Sequence record: KC954775.1
Strand: one strand, 5' to 3'
Length of the DNA: 24,000 bases
Source of the DNA: Cronobacter phage S13
Position numbers and translations under genes: made by a program. Positions 17,152 through 24,000 of this stretch are shown piece by piece. The notes under the pieces were generated by a model. The model was not told the DNA's origin and made no database searches. It worked only from the letters and a program-made list of their open reading frames with translations. Position 1 is the first letter of the stretch. Each line of letters starts with the position of its first letter.

Positions 17152-17163
17152 GAGTGCATCAAG
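17135..17163 (+). repeat. 11-bp perfect inverted repeat with the -10 hexamer in its loop
   Basis: CTTGATGCACT-TACAATG-AGTGCATCAAG. Confidence 0.95.
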
Positions 17164-17179
17164 TAAAGAGGATAAAATT

Positions 17180-17410
17180 ATGTGTGAGAAAAATATTATG
17201 AAACGTTCTGAATTACAGAAGTTCTTATTTGAAGGAAATCGGATGTATGTTCGTTTTCACTCCGAAGATTTCAAAAGCATTGACGGATATCAGGATCTGA
17301 TGCGTGACATCGTTGCTGGTGATTTGAAACCCAAGAGCCAATATCCCAAACAGATACAGGAATGGCTCGATTATCATGAGATTAATTTAAATGAAATTGA
17401 AGACGACTGA
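17180..17410 (+). CDS. small hypothetical protein (76 aa)
   Basis: ATG at 17180 with AGAGG SD, downstream of a strong promoter; 20-nt overlap with rIIA. The listed start at 17123 lies inside the promoter. Confidence 0.75.
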   Translation: MCEKNIMKRSELQKFLFEGNRMYVRFHSEDFKSIDGYQDLMRDIVAGDLKPKSQYPKQIQEWLDYHEINLNEIEDD

Positions 17411-19538
17411 AACTCCTATTATGTCCGGTGGCGATCTGCAAATGAAAGGTTTTCAGATTGCAGCTAGTGCGAAAGCATTCCGAATTCTGTCTAGTAATCT
17501 TTATAAAAACAAGATTCGTGCGATTATTCGTGAGTTGAGTTGTAACGCAGTTGATGGTCACATTGCAAATGGTAACAAAGGCACGTTTGATGTTCATATG
17601 CCTGGTATGCTTGATCCTCAGTTCAAAATTCGTGACTACGGTTGCGGTATGGACGATGAAACAATCATGAATCTGTATACCACTTATTTTGCGTCAACTA
17701 AATCTGATAGCAATGATTACATCGGTGCTTTGGGTTTGGGTTCAAAATCTCCGTTCAGTTATACTGACAGCTTCACAGTTGTAAGTTATTTCAACGGTAT
17801 GCGTCGTGCTTACGCTGCGTTTATCAAAGACGGTGAACCAACAATCACGAAAGTTTCAGAAGCTGAAACAGATGAACCTAATGGTATCGAAATTACTGTT
17901 CCGGTTAACACGCAGGATATTCCTCGTTGGAAAGAAGAAGCTCGTTATGTGTTCACGTCATTCGGTGAAATTCGTCCTAAGCTGTTTGGTGGTCATCCTG
18001 TTGATTTCCTTCCTTTCGACAAGTCCGAATTTGAAGTGAAACAATCGGTTCATGGTGCTGGTGTGTTCGCAATCATGGGTAATATCGTGTATCCGCTGCC
18101 TCCTGAGGTTTGGACGAATACAATGATTAATCTGTCTATGAAAGGACAATCGACTTGGGGACGTAATTCCACGTCTGCCTATTACGTTCGATTCGATCTT
18201 GGAGAACTTGACATTACTCCGAGTCGCGAAGAACTATCTCTTGATGATGAAACCATGAAGAACATCAAAGAGCGTATCAAGAAAACCGATATTAAGCTCT
18301 CTGAAGGTTTGATTAAAGAAGTCTCTGAATATACCCATGTTCGCAAACTGAAAACCGATATTCATCGAAAATATAACGCACATTACTGGTCACATATTCT
18401 GACTAATCCGCAATATGTCATGAAAAACGGTAATACCGTAGCGAAAGAAGTTGAGATTCGAACCCAGTTTGTTTATCCAACATTCAAACGCACTGACAGT
18501 AAAGGAAATGTGGACGCTATTGACGTTAGCATTTTGCGTTATGACCTGAGTCTTTCCAAACCTCGAGGTAAAAACGTTGATCGTTGGATGCGTCAAGGTT
18601 TTGCAGATTTCGGTAAAGACAAAGTTGATTTGTTCATTAACGACAAAAAATCTGCCGCGATTCGCACGATGAAAGGTTTGAAGATGTTGAACAAGACCCA
18701 TGGTTCTTGGATGTATCTGGTCGACGTCGAACATGCCGATGAAGTTATCAAGCAGTTTAAGAAATGTTGGCATGATGATGAACTGAATATTTTCTGGTCA
18801 AGTAAATGCGACGATGCTCGTAAAGCGAATCCAACCGAAAAGAAATCTGTTGCAAAAAAGGCTCCTAACACCGTTTCTGTAACCCAGAATACTACTGTTC
18901 CAGTTGCAATGTACGCAGAAGACATTAAAAAGCTCAAAGGCTTCTGGATTCCAATGTTCAACAACGAATATGTTTCCACAAGTCGTCGTAATGCGTTTAT
19001 GTGTTCTCTCGCGTCAGTTCGTCAGTTCATGAAACATCGTAAGATTGACGAAATTCCGGTTATCAAAGCAAGTCACTGGGAGCAAGTCAAAAAGAATCCG
19101 AATATGACCGAAGTTTGGGACGAAATGATTAAGCTGGTTGTTGAACTTGAGTCGAAACTCACCGAAGATATCTTCCCGTTCAATAACTCCTCAAATAGTC
19201 TGATTGCGAATCTGCGCAAACATGATAAGCTGAAAGATTATGCCGAGAAGCTATGTCGTGAAAATCCTACTACGGAAATCTACAGTCTGTTTAAAGATGT
19301 CCTGAAAGACCGTCTGCATATGTTCACTGAATGTCCTAGCTATAAAGCGAACGAAAAAACGTTGAAAAATATGTTGACACGATTCGATGAACTGTCTAAA
19401 ATAGTCAGTAAGAAAAGCGACTCTGTTTTGCAGAAATTTCAGCAAGACAACCCGTTGATCTGTTTCTATCTGAATCGTAGCTATGGCTACTATGAAGATC
19501 GTTATGTAAACGACATTATTAAGTCGATTAAGCTGTAA
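17391..19538 (+). CDS. rIIA: rIIA-like protein (GHKL-type ATPase N-terminus)
   Basis: KAFRILSSNLYKNKIRAIIRELSCNAVDGH, IRDYGCGM, STKSDSNDYIGALGLGSKSPFSYTDSF, GELDITPSREELSLDD resemble T4 rIIA. Confidence 0.95.
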   Translation: MKLKTTETPIMSGGDLQMKGFQIAASAKAFRILSSNLYKNKIRAIIRELSCNAVDGHIANGNKGTFDVHMPGMLDPQFKIRDYGCGMDDETIMNLYTTYFASTKSDSNDYIGALGLGSKSPFSYTDSFTVVSYFNGMRRAYAAFIKDGEPTITKVSEAETDEPNGIEITVPVNTQDIPRWKEEARYVFTSFGEIRPKLFGGHPVDFLPFDKSEFEVKQSVHGAGVFAIMGNIVYPLPPEVWTNTMINLSMKGQSTWGRNSTSAYYVRFDLGELDITPSREELSLDDETMKNIKERIKKTDIKLSEGLIKEVSEYTHVRKLKTDIHRKYNAHYWSHILTNPQYVMKNGNTVAKEVEIRTQFVYPTFKRTDSKGNVDAIDVSILRYDLSLSKPRGKNVDRWMRQGFADFGKDKVDLFINDKKSAAIRTMKGLKMLNKTHGSWMYLVDVEHADEVIKQFKKCWHDDELNIFWSSKCDDARKANPTEKKSVAKKAPNTVSVTQNTTVPVAMYAEDIKKLKGFWIPMFNNEYVSTSRRNAFMCSLASVRQFMKHRKIDEIPVIKASHWEQVKKNPNMTEVWDEMIKLVVELESKLTEDIFPFNNSSNSLIANLRKHDKLKDYAEKLCRENPTTEIYSLFKDVLKDRLHMFTECPSYKANEKTLKNMLTRFDELSKIVSKKSDSVLQKFQQDNPLICFYLNRSYGYYEDRYVNDIIKSIKL

Positions 19539-19546
19539 AATCTGTT

Positions 19547-19564
19547 GAGGGAGTTCACTCCCTC
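19547..19564 (+). promoter_or_regulatory. intercistronic hairpin between rIIA and rIIB
   Basis: GAGGGAG-TTCA-CTCCCTC; short T tract only, so possibly a weak terminator or an mRNA stability element. Confidence 0.7.
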
Positions 19565-19597
19565 TTAATAACTGTATAAACTGTAAAGGAAAATAAA

Positions 19598-20626
19598 ATG
19601 GCTGTTTCAATTCTGTCCGCTGATCAAAAATCTCGCATCGTTGCACTGTGGAAAGCAGGTTCAATCTCTAAAGCTGGTCTTGCCAAGCAATTTGGTGTTT
19701 CTGTTCGTACCATTGGTCGTGTAATCGCTGAAGGTTCTTCAAAATCTTCTACTATCGCAAAACAAGTTCCTGCTAAGGGACTGTCTGTTTCTGATGCGAA
19801 ATCTGCCCTGAAAGCTAAAGCGGCGGCGGTCACTAAACCAGCTGTATCATCTAAGGCTTCGGTAGAGAAAGAAAAATCATCTCCTATTCAGTGGTTGATG
19901 GGTCCAAACTTCATCAATCTGATTCAAGATGGTAAAACGTATACCGCTGATGCATCACATCCTGCATTCGCAAATGCTCGTAACATCCTGATGCGCGTTG
20001 CTATCGCAACAACCGAAGGTGAAAAACAGCGTCTTCTGAATGATGCCCTGACCGCGATTAATGTTAAACGTGCTGTCACGAAATTCATGCAAGGCTCTGT
20101 TAAGATCGAAGGTGATACCGTGTCTTACAAAGGTATGGAAATCGATAACGGTTTGACCCAGCGTATTCTCGATGCGATGAAAGATGGTAAGGACTTCAAA
20201 TTCCTGATCAACTTCTTCGAAAACTTGATGCTGAATCCATCACGTCGCGCTGTTAACGAACTGTTCGGTTTCTTGCAACATAACGATATCGAACTGACTG
20301 CCGATGGTCACTTCCTCGCATGGAAACGTGTTAACTCTAATTACATGGACATGTACACAAACAAAATCAGCAACAAACCTGGTACTGTTGTGGAAGTTCC
20401 TCGTAACGCAGTTGACGAAGATTCAAATCGTACCTGTTCTGCTGGTCTGCACGTTGCAGCGAAAAGCTATCTGCCTCACTACGGTGGTGGTCGCGGTGTT
20501 ATCGTTCAGGTTAAAGTTCATCCACGTGATGTTGTTTCTATTCCGGTAGATTACAATAACGCGAAGATGAGGACTTGTCGCTACGAAGTTCTGAAAGATG
20601 TCACAACCGGTTTTAGCCACTACTAA
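19598..20626 (+). CDS. rIIB: rIIB-like protein (N-terminal HTH)
   Basis: N-terminal SKAGLAKQFGVSVRTIGRVI, then INVKRAV.KF..G.V.IEG, NPSRRAVNELFGFL..NDIE, CSAGLHVAAKSY, VKVHPRDVVSIPVDYNNAKMRTCRYEV resemble T4 rIIB. Confidence 0.96.
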   Translation: MAVSILSADQKSRIVALWKAGSISKAGLAKQFGVSVRTIGRVIAEGSSKSSTIAKQVPAKGLSVSDAKSALKAKAAAVTKPAVSSKASVEKEKSSPIQWLMGPNFINLIQDGKTYTADASHPAFANARNILMRVAIATTEGEKQRLLNDALTAINVKRAVTKFMQGSVKIEGDTVSYKGMEIDNGLTQRILDAMKDGKDFKFLINFFENLMLNPSRRAVNELFGFLQHNDIELTADGHFLAWKRVNSNYMDMYTNKISNKPGTVVEVPRNAVDEDSNRTCSAGLHVAAKSYLPHYGGGRGVIVQVKVHPRDVVSIPVDYNNAKMRTCRYEVLKDVTTGFSHY

Positions 20627-20630
20627 TAAA

Positions 20631-20655
20631 AAGGACTCTTCGGAGTCCTTTTTTT
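20631..20655 (+). terminator. Rho-independent terminator after rIIB (copy 1)
   Basis: AAGGACTC-TTCG-GAGTCCTT followed by a T run. Confidence 0.93.
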
Positions 20656-20675
20656 ATTAAAAATTCAGAAAGCGC

Positions 20676-20703
20676 TTTACACGATGAATCGGTGTGCTAC
20701 TAT
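20676..20703 (+). promoter_or_regulatory. sigma70-like promoter of the 71-aa ORF, with the -10 in the loop of an imperfect dyad
   Basis: TTTACA-16-TACTAT; TACTAT lies inside GTGTG-CTACTATA-CACAC. Confidence 0.6.
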
Positions 20704-20735
20704 ACACACATCGAAACGAAACATCGGAGATACAA

Positions 20736-20951
20736 ATGAAAACTTTAGAAATCGTAGTTAAAAACGTCATGAAAGCTCGCGAAGTCGCTGAAACTGTTGG
20801 CGTAGAGATTGTTTCCGAAAAGTTAATCACTGTTTGTACTCTGATGGTTATCAAGGGTGATATTAGTTCTCTTATAGATTTCAATGATGAATTCTTTGCA
20901 GAGACTACTCCGGCTCTACACAAACAATATCTGAATGAAATTATGAACTAA
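20736..20951 (+). CDS. small hypothetical protein (71 aa), moron-like unit
   Basis: ATG at 20736 with GGAGA SD, its own promoter and terminator. The listed GTG at 20694 overlaps the -10 region. Confidence 0.75.
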   Translation: MKTLEIVVKNVMKAREVAETVGVEIVSEKLITVCTLMVIKGDISSLIDFNDEFFAETTPALHKQYLNEIMN

Positions 20952-20968
20952 TTGAGTTCAAAACACAA

Positions 20969-20994
20969 AAGGACTCTTCGGAGTCCTTTTTTAT
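20969..20994 (+). terminator. Rho-independent terminator (copy 2, same stem-loop as copy 1)
   Basis: AAAGGACTC-TTCG-GAGTCCTTT followed by further Ts. Confidence 0.93.
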
Positions 20995-21004
20995 TGGAAG
21001 GAAT

Positions 21005-21577
21005 ATGTTACCTAAAACACTGAATGAGATTCGTTGGACGAAAGAATCGGTTGAACTGGTCAAGCGGAAATTAGATAAAGAAATCACTTCCCAAGTCGAT
21101 AACATACTATCGACTCAGCAACTAAGGGAAGAAGACCATCGAAAGCCTGAGACGATATATAACAACGTATTGATAAGTTTGCTTACTGAGTTGAGCGTCT
21201 GTTCCTGGCTCAATGGAAAGAAAAACCTTCTCGATTTCAATTCAAATGATCCATACAGCTATGCGTGGGACGTTTTTGCGCTAGGTCGTCGTATTGAGGT
21301 CAAAAAATTCACGAGTCGAAATTTCAACATTGATCCGAATCGCAGAGGTGGTGGTTGTGTTGATATGCATTCATTTGAAAATTTTGACGTAGCCGAATTA
21401 CTTTTTGCTTGCAAAGTTGATATCAATGATGTTATAGTTGTGAAGCCTATTTTTATCATGACGCGAGAATCTTACTTTAATTGTAAGGTGAGATCAGAGC
21501 AAAATCCGGGAACATTTTATCTGCAATATGATAAAGAATCCCGAGACAACCCACACACTTGTAAGGTATATGAATGA
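21005..21577 (+). CDS. putative PD-(D/E)XK-type nuclease (possibly at the denB position)
   Basis: Candidate core: helix Glu in LISLLTELSVCSWL, then YAWDVFALGRRIEVKKF (D-x8-E-x-K). Located downstream of rIIB. Confidence 0.5.
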   Translation: MLPKTLNEIRWTKESVELVKRKLDKEITSQVDNILSTQQLREEDHRKPETIYNNVLISLLTELSVCSWLNGKKNLLDFNSNDPYSYAWDVFALGRRIEVKKFTSRNFNIDPNRRGGGCVDMHSFENFDVAELLFACKVDINDVIVVKPIFIMTRESYFNCKVRSEQNPGTFYLQYDKESRDNPHTCKVYE

Positions 21578-21993
21578 AAGTTAAATTAAAGTATCCTTTG
21601 TACATCGTGCGTAACACCTTGCTTCCAAACGGGTTCGCAGATACTACAACTGATCCGACAAACTGGCGTTTACACAGCGATGGTAAATATGTGTTTAACG
21701 TTTACGAATTTCTTGATAAAATCGGTCGTCTTGATGTTTTAGCTCGTCACTTCGATCATATGCATCCTAATGACGTTATTACCGATCGTCAATTCTGGTA
21801 TATTAATGGTAAGCCATCCACTGGTACTGTATGGCGATACGGTTCGAGAAATAAACCAACTGTTCTCGACGAAGAAATGGAGCTATTGGTAAAAGCTCAT
21901 CCAAACGAGTGGCAGGAAGTAATGAATCGCAAGATCAACTGGCAGAAACAACGAATTTTCGTATTTGATAAAGTCGAAGAATTAGAATACTAA
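21574..21993 (+). CDS. hypothetical protein (139 aa)
   Basis: ATGA overlap with the upstream putative nuclease ORF; no family recognised. Confidence 0.8.
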   Translation: MKVKLKYPLYIVRNTLLPNGFADTTTDPTNWRLHSDGKYVFNVYEFLDKIGRLDVLARHFDHMHPNDVITDRQFWYINGKPSTGTVWRYGSRNKPTVLDEEMELLVKAHPNEWQEVMNRKINWQKQRIFVFDKVEELEY

Positions 21994-22002
21994 GGAAATA
22001 AT

Positions 22003-22671
22003 ATGCGTTGGATATTGTTAGGATTAGCATTGCTTTCCATTAAATCCTTCGCGATTCCTAATGAAATTCTATCAGGTTATCTTGAGCGTCATGAAATGTG
22101 TATTAAGGATGCCCAGATTCGCGCTCAGGATAGTGAGACATTTAAAAAATTAAAAGAGCAGTGCCGACGTGAATATATAAAAAACGTTGATGGAGGTGAT
22201 TATTCTTATCCCGATTTTAAAAACGATAATTCCCCTCCTGTCAGGGATTGGAATAAATTTGTTTCTGATGCAAGAAGACTGCCTAGTTTTGAAATTGAAA
22301 GTCGTCGAAATTATGTGTTTTCAGTAAAGAGAGCCAAACTAGGTAATCTTTACATAACTCGTGACAAGCATTTTTCCGATAGATTAGTTTTATGGGATAA
22401 AGGAAAGAGAGTGGATAACTTCTACGCTATTCCTTACTCAAACGCGCTTTACAATGCTCGCTATATTGATGGAAGAATTGCTGTTAATGGGTTAGATTTC
22501 AAAACCTGTTACTATGCAGTTTCAGTTGGATCAGCGTATCGAATGGAAACAGAATACGGACACGTTTTAAAGATTGGTGCTGCGTTATATCTTGCTGACA
22601 AAGCAATAATCGTGTATAATGATGTTCCAGTAGGAATTATAAGTCGAAATATGATAGAGGAGATCGACTGA
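22003..22671 (+). CDS. hypothetical exported protein (222 aa) with N-terminal signal peptide
   Basis: N-terminus MRWILLGLALLSIKSFA|IPNE has a hydrophobic core and a plausible signal peptidase I site; AAGGAAA SD. Confidence 0.75.
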   Translation: MRWILLGLALLSIKSFAIPNEILSGYLERHEMCIKDAQIRAQDSETFKKLKEQCRREYIKNVDGGDYSYPDFKNDNSPPVRDWNKFVSDARRLPSFEIESRRNYVFSVKRAKLGNLYITRDKHFSDRLVLWDKGKRVDNFYAIPYSNALYNARYIDGRIAVNGLDFKTCYYAVSVGSAYRMETEYGHVLKIGAALYLADKAIIVYNDVPVGIISRNMIEEID

Positions 22672-24000
22672 ATGAAGCAGACCCGTTTGATGTCTGACAT
22701 TATGAACAAGGAAGCGCGTGATTATTCAATGTATACAATTGAAGATCGTGCAATTCCAAACCTGATTGATGGATTTAAACCCGTTCAACGATTGTTCCTT
22801 TACTCGGTTTTGCGCAACGCTCGAAACAATTTCAGTAAAGTGGCAGCAATTGGTGGTGTTGTTTCTGAGTATGGTTATCATCACGCAGAAACCGCAGCAC
22901 AGGACGCTGGTGCGTTAATGGCTAATACATGGAACAACAACTTCCCGATCATTCAAGGTCGTGGCAACTTTGGCTCTCGTATCGTTCAAGAAGCGTCGGC
23001 AGCCCGTTACATTTATTGCACTATTCATGACAACTTTAGAAAAACGTTTTTGGACGTTGATCAATCTCCCAAGCATTGGGATCCTGAACACTTCCCACCA
23101 CGTTTCTATTTGCCAATTATTCCGACTGTTTTACTGAACGGTGTTTCTGGTATTGCGGTTGCATATGCGACTGATATCCTTCCTCACGATCCGGTAAGCG
23201 TGACCGAATGTGTCAAGCAGTATATTAAAACTGGTGATTGTGATGAACCTAAGCTGAAATTCCCAGAATTTCACGGTCGAATCATCAAAGAAACCGATAA
23301 GAAATTCATGCTTGAAGGCACTTACGAATATGACGAAAAACGTAAAACGAAGCTGATTATCACAGAGATTCCTCCGAAGTATGATCGCACGAAATATGTT
23401 GCAGTTTTGGACGCTTTGGTCGATTCGAATAAAATTGTTAGTTACACAACTGACTGTCGTAATGGATTCCGTTTTGAAGTAACGTTGAAGCGAGATCTTC
23501 CTATCGACATGAATGATCATGATGCGGTTATAAAACTGTTCAAACTTAATCAGTCGGTTAGTCAGAATATTGTTGTTATAGGTCCTGACCGAGATCAAAC
23601 CCACACCGACGTTCGCATTTACGATACGGCAAAAGAACTGATCAAGGACTTTGTTGATTATCGTCTGACTCATTATCCTACTCGCATCGCGAATAAAATC
23701 GCAGAGCTGGAAGAAAAGAGTCGCTACGCCAGCGCTCGTATTGAGTTTATTAACAAGGTTATCAGCGGTGACATTGAACCTCGTGGTAAGACTCGTAAGC
23801 AGACCATGACAGATATCGAATCTTATCCGAATCTGAAAGAATTCAGCGAAAAACTGATCAGCATGAACATTTATCACATCACAAGTGATGAAGTGAAGAA
23901 GCTGGAAAAAGATCTGCAAGTTATTGAAAAAGAACTGAAACATTGGAAGAAAACAACTCCAAAAGCTGAGTATCTCAGAGATTTGGAAGAAATTTTCTAA
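22672..24000 (+). CDS. 52: gp52-like DNA topoisomerase II medium subunit
   Basis: YTIEDRAIPNLIDGFKPVQR, YHHAE.AAQDAGALMANTWNNNFP.I.GRGNFGSR, FYLPIIPTVLLNGVSGIA. Stop codon TAA occupies the last 3 bases of the window. Confidence 0.96.
   Translation: MKQTRLMSDIMNKEARDYSMYTIEDRAIPNLIDGFKPVQRLFLYSVLRNARNNFSKVAAIGGVVSEYGYHHAETAAQDAGALMANTWNNNFPIIQGRGNFGSRIVQEASAARYIYCTIHDNFRKTFLDVDQSPKHWDPEHFPPRFYLPIIPTVLLNGVSGIAVAYATDILPHDPVSVTECVKQYIKTGDCDEPKLKFPEFHGRIIKETDKKFMLEGTYEYDEKRKTKLIITEIPPKYDRTKYVAVLDALVDSNKIVSYTTDCRNGFRFEVTLKRDLPIDMNDHDAVIKLFKLNQSVSQNIVVIGPDRDQTHTDVRIYDTAKELIKDFVDYRLTHYPTRIANKIAELEEKSRYASARIEFINKVISGDIEPRGKTRKQTMTDIESYPNLKEFSEKLISMNIYHITSDEVKKLEKDLQVIEKELKHWKKTTPKAEYLRDLEEIF

Noticed and set aside
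17806-18039. 77-aa + strand ORF inside rIIA, and similar nested ORFs (5572-5910, 20304-20549)
   Set aside because: Out-of-frame ORFs inside conserved genes with no SD or domain support.
23131-23943. Long minus-strand ORF (270 aa) opposite gene 52, and many other minus-strand ORFs (e.g. 487-843, 3655-4161, 18390-18773, 19251-19664)
   Set aside because: All lie antisense to well-supported conserved + strand genes, lack SD context or recognisable domains, and look like codon-bias shadow ORFs.
1-24000. CRISPR arrays, tRNAs, group I introns, homing endonucleases, retron/DGR elements, transposons
   Set aside because: No repeat-spacer periodicity, tRNA-like cloverleaf, interrupted core gene or recognisable mobile-element or RT protein was seen. 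tRNAscan or Infernal would be needed to exclude small RNAs formally.

Overview
This 24 kb window is a T4-like (Tevenvirinae/Straboviridae-type) myovirus DNA replication and recombination region, with every supported gene on the + strand. Gene order is 47(partial)-46-small ORF-45-44-62-regA-43-[terminator]-uvsX-(gp40 position)-41-small ORF-61-dUTPase-dexA-[terminator]-small ORFs-MazG-like-small ORF-39 (fused 39/60 type)-small ORF-rIIA-rIIB-accessory ORFs-52. Protein assignments rest on recognised similarity to T4 proteins and family motifs, recalled from knowledge and not searched. The core is conventional. The unusual material is non-coding. (1) Several sigma70-like promoters sit inside perfect or near-perfect DNA dyads with the -10 hexamer in the loop, e.g. 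TTGACA-16-TATGAT inside a 12-bp inverted repeat upstream of gene 39, and TTGACA-17-TACAAT inside an 11-bp inverted repeat downstream of it. (2) The primase gene's only apparent Shine-Dalgarno is in the 3' arm of a terminator hairpin, and a promoter points into that hairpin. (3) A moron-like 71-aa gene is flanked by near-identical terminators. (4) Near-identical hairpins bracket the 44-62-regA block. (5) A Met-Glu-Thr-stop minicistron abuts uvsX. (6) There is a probable PD-(D/E)XK nuclease and a probable exported protein between rIIB and gene 52. I found no clear defence system, CRISPR array, tRNA, intron or homing endonuclease.
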